The translations under genes and the position numbers were made by a program. A stretch of 63,332 nucleotides of DNA, counting the filler, from Rhabdomonas costata (Eukaryota), in the NCBI GenBank assembly GCA_019059605.1. It is 43 parts of 43 records of this genome, joined end to end, with 100 filler letters (N's around TTAATTAATTAA, not from the genome) between each part and the next. Parts side by side here need not be neighbours in the genome. Positions count along the whole stretch, not along the records: positions 10,325 to 11,699 come from JAHMHO010017808.1; positions 11,800 to 13,174 come from JAHMHO010017809.1; positions 13,275 to 14,647 come from JAHMHO010017810.1; positions 14,748 to 16,122 come from JAHMHO010017811.1; positions 16,223 to 17,597 come from JAHMHO010017812.1; positions 17,698 to 19,072 come from JAHMHO010017813.1; positions 19,173 to 20,547 come from JAHMHO010017814.1; positions 20,648 to 22,021 come from JAHMHO010017815.1; 35 more parts are not named here. The stretch is one strand, 5' to 3'. Below are positions 11,107-23,979 of this stretch, piece after piece. Under the pieces are notes generated by a model. That model searched no databases and was not told the origin of the DNA. It was given only the letters and a program-made list of their open reading frames with translations. Position 1 is the first letter of the stretch. Every line of letters starts with the position of its first letter.

Positions 11107-12685
11107 AGTTGGCGGGGGAAGCGCTTTTGTGTTTATCATTTCCAACGAAATAAAAAATGAACTGAGTTATAAGGTACTTCCGCCACCCTAGCACATTCGC
11201 TCTCGTCGTAAGAATCTGACGCCCTTGGCTCCCTTCGTTCATCAACCCCACAGCAGCTTTGGATGCTCTTAGTGGCAAGGTGTCTCCCTTGTCCCCACGT
11301 CTTGGCTGTCCTAAGGTGCTGAAAAAAAACTTTCGTCAAGTTGATTTCTGGACGAATGACTTCCATCATTCTGAGCGTCACTCAAAGCCGTGAAAGGGGG
11401 ACGATAGACCCGTAATAACCTGGATCGAATGGTCGACGCCGACGCCACTCGAGGTCTCACCCGTGCAGAAGTCCACGCCTTCGCCCAGAATGCGTCATCT
11501 CCGCCTCCCGCACGGATGGCGTGCCGACGAAGACGCGACCCCAGCGCTGACCAGTATGATTCGCCCACCGCCACCCACACCACCCGGCTTTCAACTCACC
11601 CATCCACAATACCCATACACCTGGAATCAGCAGACAGGCAAGCATCACATGCACTGCACACTACCACCGAGCAACCTGCGGCGGAGTGGACACACCACAN
11701 NNNNNNNNNNNNNNNNNNNNNNNNNNNNNNNNNNNNNNNNNNNTTAATTAATTAANNNNNNNNNNNNNNNNNNNNNNNNNNNNNNNNNNNNNNNNNNNNT
11801 GATTGCCCACGCAGTGCAGGTCCCTGCAGCCGTCCCCTTCTTCTCCACTCTCACTTCACTCCGTCACTGACCGACCTTTGCACCAGAAGGGGTGCCAACC
11901 CAAAGTGCGGACTCTCACGGTGGTGGAAAGTTGTCATGGGAAAAATCCAGACTCTCAAGAATGGTCACCGAGACGGAGCTTTTACTCACTGCAGTGGGAC
12001 TGTACACGCATTGGGATACCACGCGACCGTTTGGCGTACCTGCTCAGCAAAAGTCAATGGTATTGATGGAACGAGGGTCGACGAGACCCAGCTCTGGAAT
12101 TAAAAACGGTCTATGTGTGGTGGCGTTCTGTAATTCTTGCACAGAATGTATTCACATGCGTGCGTTTGCGTTCATTCTTCAGGCTGAGGTTGTAGTACAT
12201 CAGAGTGGTTTTTTTCTGCTCCAAGCGCCTAATGTGTACCTCGTAACAGTACGGTATGGGACCTGTTCACCGTTATTTTGGAAATTTTTGAATGCTCACA
12301 CAGTGCCACCCACTACAGCCATTCAAAGCAGTTTCCTCAGCGCTGCGTCCCAATTTTCCCGGGCAGCCGTATATTCTCAAAGCTGTGCAAGTGTCTCAAC
12401 CTACTTGGAAAGGGAAACAGTACGCGACCAACGTCTTACCAATGCTGCGATCACTTTTAAGAAACTGGGGCTCGCCACGCATCTCATGGTACAGAAGCAA
12501 CACACAATTTCCGAGGTTACTGTTCCCACAAAATGCACGTGCTCGGAGTGGCAAGTCTGTTTTTTTGGTTTCCTTCGGTGGCGTTCTATGAGATGTGATG
12601 ATTTTCAGGCGCTGTGGTGTAGTCGGTGGGTGCTGTTTCACGAGCTTTGTTTGGTTGTTTTTTCGCCTGTCCCTCTTTCTCGCAG

Positions 12686-12889
12686 CCCAAGGAGGGGGAC
12701 ACTGTCGTCAGAGGCCCAAACTTCCCCCATGACAAGGACGGCGGAGCGGGGAAGAGAGGGCGCATTGTAAAGGACGACAGCCAGCCTTACAAAGTGCGGT
12801 GGGAGGCCACCGGGCAAGAGGATTGGTACTTCCCGTGCACCGAGGAACGCTGCCAGCTTCTTGTTCTCGAGGCGGCCGCTGGTGCAGAG
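12686..12889 (+). CDS. MIB/HERC2-like domain exon
   Basis: EGDTVVRGPNF..DKDGGAGKRGRI....YKVRWE resembles the GxRVVRGPDW..DQDGG.G..G.V...V.W consensus; cgcag acceptor and GAG|GTCTG donor, phase 0. Confidence 0.7.
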
Positions 12890-13477
12890 GTCTGTTGTGC
12901 CAAGAAGTTGTGCCAAGTTCTCCCACACAAAATTCCTCTTTCTTTTTCTGGCTTTTCCATCCTCACGAGGTGACCGAATGTCATTTGCATACAGGAGACT
13001 TTTGGGGTTTTTCCCTCCCGTTGGTGCTGGTGCAGTCAAAATACAACGTATCCTTTGCACTTGTGAATATCTGCCCGTGGAGGGTGACCTGTCGGAAATG
13101 AATTGCAGTTTGGAACGTGCGGAGCATTCTAGTTTGTCGAATTGAGTAGACGTCGCCATGCTGCCTTGCAAAGANNNNNNNNNNNNNNNNNNNNNNNNNN
13201 NNNNNNNNNNNNNNNNNNTTAATTAATTAANNNNNNNNNNNNNNNNNNNNNNNNNNNNNNNNNNNNNNNNNNNNACTTGCGGCTTCGGCGAAACCTGCCC
13301 ACCCGCATCGGTTGTTTGGGGGTGGGGTTTCAGAATTCACATTCTGGAGTTTCGCTGGACTTGCGATACGGTTGTGGGTTAGAGGGGATATCTGATGGCG
13401 ACAGGCGAGGGGTGCTCTGTAGGGTTTCTCACTTTTGTGAAAAGGGCGCAGATGCAGGTTGTGTCCCCTGCGCACAG

Positions 13478-14504
13478 GCTCTCCGGTACCTGTGCTCGTA
13501 CACGGGCAGCGACCAGAGCGCCGCGTTGAACGCCAAGAAGGTGCCGTGCTACAGCAACATCGCCGCATGCTTCATCAAGCTGAAGAAGTACACCTCGGTG
13601 GTGGAGGCCTGCGACAAGCTTCTGGAGATTGAGCCCCAGAATGTCAAGGCATATGCCCAGCTCCTCGTCTCGAAAGTTTCAGATATAATCGCAATGATTA
13701 CGAATGGGGATGAGGAACGCTTTTTAACATTTACGGTGGAACGCTGTGAATGCTGAGAACACTGAACGACGCTGTGGTTTGAAAGGGGGCCGTCACAAGG
13801 TCATGGACGAGAAATGTGATTCCTGTCCTTTTCTGAATCTGTCTCGTCGGATTTTTTTCTTCGATTTTTCGATGGCCTGCATGACTTTTTTATCGTCTCT
13901 TTTTGCGTTACAGGGCCTGTTTCGGCGAGCCCAGGTGCCACTGCGTTGAACCGCTTTTTGTTTGCATTGTTTACTGTACGTCTCTGATGTATTTGCCAAC
14001 CCTGTGTCCGCCCATTCATGACCTGTGACGTACAGCGGATGCTTTCCTACATGTCTATAATACACACCAGCGAGCCAGGCACCAGTTCGTGGTTATTCAC
14101 TCTTCACTCAGCTCTTTAATGGCATGCAGGACGCTCATTTTGTTGTATTTGTTGAAATGCTTCAAACTTGGGTTGCGATTGTCCATCGTCCAATTCTCGT
14201 GTGACTCATGAAAAGGAGTGTCTATCAGTGCGTAAGTTTGTGTGGTCATCCGAAGGCATTACCTTGGAGCAGGCAGGCTGCCGATAAGCTCGTTTGTCTG
14301 GTCGTGGCCATCAACTCGTTAGGATATTCAAGAAGACGTCTGTCATCAAGATCAAGTCCGGTGTCGCAACCCTGTGTGGCACAGGCTCTGAAAGAGATGG
14401 ACGAGCTTGAGGACGCCGAGAAGGACATTGTGGTGGCGAAGGAGCTCGACCCCAAGGACACCGCAGTGAAGAACCTCGCCGCAGAGATCCACACCGCAGT
14501 GGCG
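13478..14504 (+). CDS. TPR co-chaperone (FKBP/Cyp40-type TPR clamp); exons 13478-13648, 13914-13934, 14385-14504
   Basis: CYSNIAACFIKLKKY...CDKLLEIEPQNVK|GLFRRAQ|ALKEMDELEDAEKDI..AKELDPKD. It needs a GC donor at 13649 and a 21-nt micro-exon. Confidence 0.88.
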
Positions 14505-17064
14505 GTGTGTGCTGCGTGTGTGCGAGGTCGGATTGTTGGGACATCACTTGCCTCACCCTTTCCTTGCTTGTTGTGGTTTGCGATGCATGCATTGGCACCT
14601 CCGTGGCAGAGGGCTTCGGACAACAACACCCAAACAAAAACAAAAAANNNNNNNNNNNNNNNNNNNNNNNNNNNNNNNNNNNNNNNNNNNNTTAATTAAT
14701 TAANNNNNNNNNNNNNNNNNNNNNNNNNNNNNNNNNNNNNNNNNNNNGGTGGGTGTGTCATTCTTTTGTGCTGTGTGTACTGATGTGATGATGTGATTTC
14801 GGGCTCATTGTTGTTGGCACACTTGACCTTGGGAATCTGATATCATTTGCAGTAGTTAGATCACTCTGTGTTTCTGTTAGCGAAGAATTCGAGTGGTTGT
14901 GGCATTGGCGCGGGCGATGCGGAACGTGCTACTAAAAATATCCACAGCTTGGCAAGAAGTAGTGGAGGAACAGGTTGATAAACACAGCTCGGATAATGTT
15001 TGTCTCTGAGGTGGGGGTAAACCGTCCTTTTTCCGGCCCCTTCACTTCCACATTCGCTGCAGCTGAGTCGGGGAGCCTTGATTTGCTTCCCATTTCCTGC
15101 TCTTTGAGATTGGGTTCATGGGTTCCTGCCCAGTTTTGTGCGATACCATTTGCCCTGCTGTAATTTCCTACTGCAACGCGCATCACCTTGTTACCTTTGT
15201 GTGCAGTTGATGTTTTTGCGTGTTGCGATGTTCCTTTTTGCATTCCTGACCTCTTGAGAGTGTTCTCTCTGTAATGGGTTGCCGCAGCAGCAGTCTCACC
15301 AGTGTGCATGGCGCGGGAGCCCGGGCCTACGAGCTCAGTGAGGAATACGTTCACTCCGCCACTGTGATGCCCCTCCCCGAAGGCGGCGGAGCGGCGCCCC
15401 CAACTCTGCCTGGGGAAGTGCCCCACACCTTTGCCCACCGCCATGCCCCACCAAACTCCCACGCAGAACAGGGTCCCATCATCACTGACACTGCCACCGC
15501 TGCGACCGCGCTAGCCCCTGACGCGGCACCTGTGAAGGAAAGTCCTTCTTCTGATCAAGGCCCTGTCAAAGGTCCTGACAAGGCTTTCTTTGTGGTCGGA
15601 TCACCCTTACATCCCACATCATCACGTTGTGTTTGGAAGTGTTGAGAGCTAAAGCTCTACGGAGTTCTGAAGGGATGACCCCAGCTTGCCGGGGCATTCG
15701 CTCATGCTTGGAACCTTAGACCCATAGTTTTGGTCTCATTGCTTCTACAGTAGACTCCACCGTAAAACTGAGACTTTTGTCAGAGCAGTTTGTCGGAGCA
15801 GATTGTAGTGCTGAGCGGTACAAAAGCAGGGCAGTCAGTGTGCAGAAGGAAAGTTTGGAGTTGAAGGTGCACACACTTTACACCCGAAACGCACCTTCTT
15901 TACGCCGAAACTTCTCTTTTGCGCTCTGTACCTAAAAGCCTGAAAGGACCGGAGATATACACAAAAAATCGTGTAAAGCACATTTCCATACCGTATTTTG
16001 CCTCTCAGGTCAAAACGTCAACAACGAGCTTTACCCTCACACCAATTTTGAGACCACCGGCATTAAACAGGGTATAAAGACTTATTCGGAATGTTACAGA
16101 CTAATCTCTCAGTTTCCGGGTGNNNNNNNNNNNNNNNNNNNNNNNNNNNNNNNNNNNNNNNNNNNNTTAATTAATTAANNNNNNNNNNNNNNNNNNNNNN
16201 NNNNNNNNNNNNNNNNNNNNNNTTTGTTTGGTATGAGAAATTGAGAGCACAAATGGACTGCGGACTGGGCCTCAGAAACAACTGCTGACAGTTACGTTCC
16301 GGCCGAGAAATTTGCATGCCGACACATAAATACGCGTCTTCATGTGTTCCGTTCTGGCTTCGCAGCAATCGTAGGATGAATGAAGTGAGTAAGTTCAATA
16401 CATACACACACAGACACGGTGAGGGTAAACAAAGCGGAGGCTGCTCTTCCGCGATTCCGCGTGTGAGATCAATTTGTGCGTGTGCATCTCGCTCTTGGGC
16501 CCTTCTGCCTCCGCCGAAGGAGCATTTTGCTACTACCTTTCTGTCCTGGTGATCTCTTTCATTTTCCATTCTCTCTCTTTGGCTGAGGAATGCGGAAATG
16601 AGTGGTGGCGCAGGAGCTCGGGTTCCGGGAGCCGAATCCTTGATGATGTCACTATCTCAATTAAGAGGATTCCCTCTTCGGCTCATAGAGGCTGTGTGGT
16701 GGGCAGCACGGGTTTAGGTTCGGCATCCAACTCCGCCGCAATCTCAATGGAAGGGCGCCAGGAGGACGCGCGCGCGCGCGCTCGGAGGTATTTATTTGGG
16801 AGGCCCCCCGATGGTCAATTCTCGCCTGTATGTTGCATTCTCTCTCTCTCTCTCTGTCTTTCTTTCTCTCTATTTCTTCTCATGTAAAACGCTGCTATTC
16901 CGGACTGTAACTTGTGAAGAGTAAAATAAGACGGGGGGAATGAGACAATGCACGAACAAGCAGTTCAGGAAGCAAAGGATGGCTCATTGGAGTTTCCATC
17001 CTGTTGGTGAACTCTTGATGCGTTAATCATGCATCGGCAGGAAGGCTTGAGAGAATGGAAACCG

Positions 17065-17195
17065 ACCTGCATCACATTCAGCACCAAGCTAGGGGCACCG
17101 AGGCTCATCAGCCACTCCCAGCTCGCACCCTTCTTCATCGCGATTTGGTGAAGGATCCCTGCAGTGATGCGCGAGGAGGGATGGATTGAGTTGAT
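17065..17195 (-). CDS. Probable exon of a helical protein of unknown function
   Basis: cccag acceptor and CAG|GTCGG donor around INSIHPSSRITAGILHQIAMKKGASWEWLMSLGAPSLVLNVMQ; boundaries approximate. Confidence 0.4.
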
Positions 17196-19172
17196 CTGGG
17201 ACACACTGGGGTGGCGTGGATCCTATCTCCGTACCCCCTTACCCTCCGACGTACTCCACAGTCCGAACAGAGAGAGAGGTGGTGGGTCGGTCCTTCAACC
17301 CAAACCCATACCCATTTCCACCCGAAGAGTAAGGCACCAGCTTTGCGCTTCTCTGAGAAAGAAGCACACGACTGTTCACCCCCCCCCCCGTTCTCCAATA
17401 AAGAAATACAAAGCTAACAACATCTGGCAAGGCTGTATTTATGCCGCGGTGTGACTCTGGAGAGGCTGAAACAGGGCCCCCTACCAAAGTTCAGCCACTC
17501 TACCATTTTTTTGAGCAAATCTGCACACCATATTTCAGTGAAAAAAATACAAGAAAGAGACGCGACTCCAGAAGGTGATATAGCACGAACACCCCACNNN
17601 NNNNNNNNNNNNNNNNNNNNNNNNNNNNNNNNNNNNNNNNNTTAATTAATTAANNNNNNNNNNNNNNNNNNNNNNNNNNNNNNNNNNNNNNNNNNNNAGT
17701 TTTGGGGGGGGGGGGTAACGTAACGGTTACCAGTGGTATCAGTCTTCTCATATATCGTCGTTAAAAGGCCCTCCCAGGTCACGTCCCGCCACAGTGGCCC
17801 CCGATCCGCTGAAATTCGCCCCTAAATGCTGTTCTTCTTCTTCTTCTTCTTCTTGTCTGGTCTTGACCCAGCCATTGGTGTGTTCTTAGCCAGCAATAGT
17901 TTTCAGCTGTTAAGCAATAATGGTCATCTAGGGAGCACGGGCTCCCACAAAAAAGTTCCCGGCACGTTTCATCTGACCGTTTTTAAGTTTATTTAGCGAA
18001 AGCTTTGACGCAGTTTTCTGTTGCCGTTACCACTCCCTCACCCCCAACTTCCATTGGGCCCATTATCGTGTCCACGATACACAGTATGGTGGCTGCTGGT
18101 ATAAGAGGGCTCACACACCCCACAAGAGTGGAGCTTGTGCTTGCCATTAGCTCTGGTTTAATGATGCTGGCAGAAGGCTACCTTATTTCAGAATCTTCGC
18201 CGGCCACCACGCAGAAAAAAGAACGTGGGTGCGGTGAATCAACCATGTATCGCCATTAGAAGGAGGAAAATGGTCGGAATTCGAGTGAAAAATTGCCCCC
18301 GCTTGGTACCTCGGGACTGCTAAACTTGCTGTGCTGAATATGGAAAGTGACTTTCTGGCTCTGGCAGGTGCTCAAGTAGGAGTTCGTGTTCGACGATTAG
18401 TCCGTGAGCCACAAAGGAATAAAAACTCGTATCCCGTGCTACCAGCACAACAGGTAACGTCATGGATTTCTTTCGGCATTTACCCTTGCACGTGTGAAGG
18501 CTGTCAATTGACTTTTGTGTGTGGCCGTTCCCGCATTAAGGACGCACAGTGTTACCAATCCCAAAACAAAAAGGTGAAGCAGCATCCGCCCAGTGCAGAG
18601 CCCAAGGACCGAACCATTGGAGTGACCGCCCGTGCGTGAGACCTCTTCACCGAGGCCAGAAGCGAAAGAGAAGTCGGGGTACACCCCATTCTTCTCAAAC
18701 ATGACTCTACCGCAGCTCTCTATGGTGCACTGTTTCGAATTCCGAAGCGGACGGGCTGTACCTGTACGTGTCAGGCACCGCTAGTTTCTACCTGCACACC
18801 GCAAGATCACCACATGTTCGTGCTCACCCACTTACCCGATTGCAGAAGTGATCCACTTGTACTGACAGTGTCGGCATGCTTGCGCGCGGCGCGTGGGTTT
18901 CGGGAAGAGCTTTTATGGGATGGAGGCCGGCCCACTGGGCACTTTGGCCAGGTCTTTACAAAGGCCGTTCTTGAAATATTTCCGCCGCACGGCGGATTTT
19001 ACGAGTACAATTTTGTCAAATTAGCCATCCTGCTTCCACTACCGCCGCTGCGCCGCTTCCTGAGCCCACCGANNNNNNNNNNNNNNNNNNNNNNNNNNNN
19101 NNNNNNNNNNNNNNNNTTAATTAATTAANNNNNNNNNNNNNNNNNNNNNNNNNNNNNNNNNNNNNNNNNNNN

Positions 19173-20485
19173 CTTCGCCCAGAATCCTCAAAGTGACGAA
19201 CACAATCCCGCTGTTCCTTTTTAAATTTGTGAACGCGTCCAAGATGGCATGGACGTTGGTACACTCCAAGCAGTAGTCACGGTGAAGATGGTGGGTGACA
19301 CCACGAATCTGGGAAACAATCTCGGCCAGCTGCTGTGCGCTGACCATGGCACAATGTAACTCTGGGTCCAGGAGTAAATCCCGGAGAAGTACGCGTGCTT
19401 CGGCAAGAGAAGAAGAGAGGTGGTGCATTTCCTGCAACTCAAGCACCCGAGACCAATGATGTACCAGCTCTTCGTACAAGTCTGGAAATGCTGTGCTGAC
19501 CAGATAATTGCCGGCAAAAACGAGCAACGATGAGGGAACATTTGGTACGCAGAAAGACCTGGTTTGAAACCTTTGCCGTGAAAGGGAAAGAATCGCGGCT
19601 AGAACATCCCCACTTTCCGGTACCTTCCGCTTAAGTGCTTGAAGGTGCCGCGAACTCACCTGAAACAACCATCGCAAACCTTCGGAAAGCCACGCCCGAC
19701 TGGTCGACCACATCCATGGGCTCACAAGGAATCAAGCCAGTTGCCGGAGAGCTCACTCGCCAATCGCGTGCAGGTTCAAGCTGATACATGACGTTTCCGC
19801 AAGGGTCGTAGAAGGTGAGCAGATGCAAGCGGCTGAAGTGATAATTGGTGTGGTCGGGGGAAGAAGCCAAAAAGGCCTCCAACCGAAAGGACGGTACACC
19901 TGATGGCATTGATTCTGACCACATCACCTGGTAAGCCAGGTCCTCCAAGCTAATCGCGCCCCAGTAGTAAAAACCATCCAGACGAAGGCCAATCTGGGTT
20001 ACAATGGAGTTTGTACCCACGACCACGGAATCATGGCGCCGAACCACTACAGATGATTCAGCGAGTAGCGGCGAGAGGACAGCATCGCAAACCATTTTCG
20101 AAGCGACCAGGGCTCGATTTCTGCGAATGCTCTTCAACAGGCGCTTTGGAGAGAGGACAGACTGTTGCCTCTCATGTAAATATTGCTGCTTTCCCACAAA
20201 AGCAGCGACAGCGAGATATGCTTCTTCGATGAAAGCGTCTGCAACGAAATCCAAGTCACCAATAACTTCGTCAGGAACTCCCAGAGTCTTGAGCTCTTTC
20301 CAAAGCGAATGCTGATCCACAATATTCAGAATTTCCAGGGGAGTCAGACTGTTCATCTGCTCAGCGGAGGGAAGGTCGAGAGGCTTTGATCCAGATTGAT
20401 TGGGTGAAGCTTGCAGACGACGTCTGATTTCATCGAATAGTTCCACAAGCTCCTTCCGGAAAAGACGCTCGTCAGCTTCGTACTC
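19173..20485 (-). CDS. Unknown protein; two long frames joined by a probable short intron near 19600-19659
   Basis: ORFs of 271 and 202 aa overlap in different frames; a strong CAG|GTGAGT donor and a phase-compatible ttctag acceptor join them. Confidence 0.55.
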
Positions 20486-20547
20486 TTCCGGAAGGAGCTT
20501 GTGGAACTATTCGATGAAATCAGACGTCGTCTGCAAGCTTCACCCAA
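20400..20547. repeat. Perfect 62-bp inverted repeat with a 24-nt loop at the contig end (probable amplification fold-back)
   Basis: 20400-20461 is the exact reverse complement of 20486-20547. Confidence 0.9.
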
Positions 20548-20647
20548 NNNNNNNNNNNNNNNNNNNNNNNNNNNNNNNNNNNNNNNNNNNNTTAATTAAT
20601 TAANNNNNNNNNNNNNNNNNNNNNNNNNNNNNNNNNNNNNNNNNNNN

Positions 20648-22021
20648 CCGTGAGATCCACGCCACATAGCCGCGGTCGCGTCCAAGTGGCGTAGCGGAGG
20701 TCCGCGTCCCTCCAGCAGCTGCTGAGGACCTAAAACGGTGCGGTAAAACAACGCTGAAACGAAAAGCGAAAAGGAAAGCAGAGAAAGTGCTCATAGTGGT
20801 GCGGATACCCAGTGGGTGTCACGGCGTCATGAAAGCGTAAATGTAGTGCTTGCAGACAAAAAGAAAAACGGGACAACATCAACCGGAGCGGTGGCCTTCA
20901 CAACTGTTTTTCGCCGTGGAAAACGGAAGCTGAGAGCAATTCTTACGGATTCGGGGGAGACAATTGGAAGAAAAGATGTCCCTAGCTTACTGCTTGGGTG
21001 CTTGCGCAGAGATTGTTAAAATTCTGCTGTGAGCTGCAGGGCACCGGTTCACCACATCAGGACAGGAATCTCCGCCTGCTCTGCGGGTCCCACACACATA
21101 AAACCCCAAAATGCCAAAACCCACCCGAAAAACCCACCCGGGCACCGGCAAGTGCAGCGGTTGCAGAAACATACACACACATTGCGCCTTGGCGCGGGGT
21201 GGTGTGGCGTGTCCTGCACACCGTGCACACACACATACACGCTCAAACACACACACCAACCTACAAAAAGAGACCTAGCGGCGCACCCACATCCTTACCC
21301 CAAATCAAAAAGAACCAAAACGAGGACGAATCCTTGCCCCCGGCATATTATGGCACTCAACCTCCGCTGCTCTCTGACGGAGAAAAGGGAAAAGGCACAG
21401 CCTCACCTCGTACACAATGTCCCACGAGGCAGCAATTGGTAAGTAAACACCCAAACAGCGAAAGATCAATAAGTATCAATAAGATAAAGGGAGTGGGAAA
21501 ACAAGTGGAAGACACTCCCCAGCTCCCCTGTAATGGTCAGCAGACCACCCGACCACCCGGGTTGAAAAGAGAGCAAGGCAAACGGTATGGGCAGTCGTGG
21601 CAGAACATCACCTCCTTGGTGCAGATATGGGCATCATCCATCATCCATCAGGTGAAAAGGGTTGGCTATCATGCAAAAAAGGATGTATCGGAGTACTTCT
21701 CAACTGTTTTCGTCGACAGCTCAAAGCCGTTAGGAGTACTGGTTACAATCAACCCTTCCCTCCATGGTACTCGACACACGCATGAACACTGGGTTCAACA
21801 GCAAGGCGAAAAACGTTGAGCACAACCTAAAACACCTAGTTCACCGCAGATTCTTGTTATTCTGCGAATTCTGCAAGAACAAAAAAATATGAGCTACAAT
21901 CACCTGCAGCCCGTCAATGTTGGCCCCAGTGAAACGGCACCCCGACAGGTCCCACCCCCGCACCACGTGATCCACCGCGGCCACCAAGGTCATCGCGTTG
22001 GCCGCCGCACGGTACCAACAA
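20648..22021 (-). CDS. Pentapeptide-repeat segment typical of NACHT-pentapeptide-WD40 proteins; exons 21904-22021 and 20648-20729
   Basis: Spliced: AAANAMTLVAAV..VRGWDLSGCRFTGANIDGLQ|VLSSCWRDADLRYATWTRPRLCGVDLT. This resembles the AAANAITIL..F.G.DLRG..IPGADL linker; phase-0 GT-AG intron. Confidence 0.65.
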
Positions 22022-22122
22022 NNNNNNNNNNNNNNNNNNNNNNNNNNNNNNNNNNNNNNNNNNNNTTAATTAATTAANNNNNNNNNNNNNNNNNNNNNNN
22101 NNNNNNNNNNNNNNNNNNNNNA

Positions 22123-22338
22123 CCAACATGCACTGCTGGTATGGCTGACATCAATGCTACCACCAACATCGTCAGCGTAGGTGTGGCTATATGCTACCAC
22201 TACCTTACACCTGACATCACCATCTGGTTGGCTGTCATGCTATGCGTACCACTACCACTCTATGGTGTAGGGCTACCACATGCATACACCACCTATTGGC
22301 TGATGTTGGCTGGGTTGAGCCTTGGCCTGACCTTCTAG
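22123..22338 (+). other. Hydrophobic frame weakly resembling mitochondrial nad4 (central TM region)
   Basis: IWLAVMLCVPLPLYGVGLPHAY..YWLMLAGLSLGL versus nad4 [30 protein letters not shown].VLLKL. Several invariant residues are missing. Confidence 0.3.
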
Positions 22339-22669
22339 CTTCCTCCGGAGGGGTTACCGGTCATGGCTCCTCAATGGTACTGAACGCCATACTGTTACCA
22401 TGGGCTCGTCCCACTTAAACGCATATGGTTCCAGCATCACTGCGGTTTACCCTTCTACTCGCTTACTCTTCCGTTGCCGCTCGTGCGTGGGGGCTTCTGG
22501 ATTCCAGCCTGCCAGTTCCATTCGCATACGAGGGTCGCTTTTCAACTAAAGTAGGTACAGAAGGCTAACTTGATCACTTTAGGTCTTTCGCTAGTGTCCA
22601 GCTATGCAGATGTCGATGGAAATTTCTTCACTACGTAAACCAACTTAGATATCCCGAGGGACAGCCGCA

Positions 22670-22930
22670 GAACCGAAACCTTAAAACCCAAACCGAAATC
22701 AAAAACCCCAACCCTCGAAGTCCGACGCCTTGATACCGAAACCCGAATGCAGGAATACGCGATACACTAACACCCTCGCCTTGGGAACACTAACACCTCG
22801 AATACCGAATGCCTCGAATACCGACACCTCGAATGCCAACACCCAAATACCCACTTCCCAACCCCAAGACCTGACTTCGAAATCCACCACCCCACCAAAT
22901 CAAATACCCACCCGAAATCCCAACCCTGAG
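22670..22930 (+). repeat. A/C-skewed tract with short direct repeats (CCTCGAATACCGA-like x3)
   Basis: Read directly from the sequence; AGGGTACCAGCCTGA also recurs at 22939 and 23095. Confidence 0.7.
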
Positions 22931-23856
22931 ACCGAGGGAGGGTACCAGCCTGATCGCAGGCAAGATGACACATGCCACCCACCTATCGGCATCTTGGTAC
23001 CCATCCAGAATCTACGCAAGGGTAACCACCTCCATCACTTCAGGATACCCGCCTACATGCATCTCCATACCGTTGACACCTGCTGGGGGGTCTAAGGGTA
23101 CCAGCCTGACCCCAAGATGATGATGGGGGTAAGGGGGGCAACCTGCATAGATGGACCCTAGACACCTCAATACCCTCAGAGACCAAAGACTGAGATGCAA
23201 GAGAGATGGAGTTAAGACCATGATAGATGCACATGATACCTGATGCCGAATTGCTTGTGCCATAATAGACCCCAATAAGATCATTGCTCCGTCCCATGAC
23301 ATGTATGTTGCAGAACATTGCTTTATCTGTCGTGATGTGGTAAAGAAACTGTACCGAATCAAAAATCTCCGGATGCTCTTGTGCCGTTATTGCAGAACTA
23401 GCGCGGCATTTCAACGGGCTAAGGCAAAACATCATCATTGGAACAACTGGTGATGTCCATGAGTCAATAAAAGTCAATTTCGTTGGACAAACCACCNNNN
23501 NNNNNNNNNNNNNNNNNNNNNNNNNNNNNNNNNNNNNNNNTTAATTAATTAANNNNNNNNNNNNNNNNNNNNNNNNNNNNNNNNNNNNNNNNNNNNGTTT
23601 GTCTGTTGGCTTATGGTAATTCTAGTGCTCTGTCCCGACTGTTCCGCCACTGTCCTATAACTGGCCTCGGAGCCTTCAAATTTCCGCCAGTGTGCGCCGT
23701 GAAGCATTCTTTTCTGTCACTGGTACTGGCGCAGGGGGAAAATGAAAGAGAGAGGAGCATTATCCACTTCACGGTGCCAGATATCCATCCAAAAGAGATA
23801 AGTAAAGGAGCTTGCACATCAGCTATGCATGTCATGCACAAGGAACCCAGGCAGAC

Positions 23857-23979
23857 CATCTTCAGCACCACGAGGGCGCCAGAGCGCGTGTCCTGCGCCT
23901 CCAACAGTTCCCATGGTCCGTGGTCCCGGATCTTTCTCCGAACTGTGTACCGCTTATGAGAGTGCACCAGCCCTTTCAT
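23857..23979 (-). CDS. First exon of a CMGC/MAPK-like kinase or pseudokinase
   Basis: MKGLVHSHKRYTVRRKIRDHGPWELLEAQDTRSGALVVLKM|GT has the subdomain I-II pattern with a degenerate Gly loop. Confidence 0.6.

Noticed and set aside
11892-12770. Long ORF-track entries such as the 292-aa, 273-aa (20998) and 248-aa (10445) ORFs
   Set aside because: They have no motifs and run through intron-like sequence or are antisense shadows of real exons.
20400-20547. Terminal hairpin as a hairpin telomere of a linear replicon
   Set aside because: The loop continues the reading frame (PEEYEADERLFRKEL) and is bounded by a natural TTCCGGAA repeat, as expected for template-switch fold-back during amplification.
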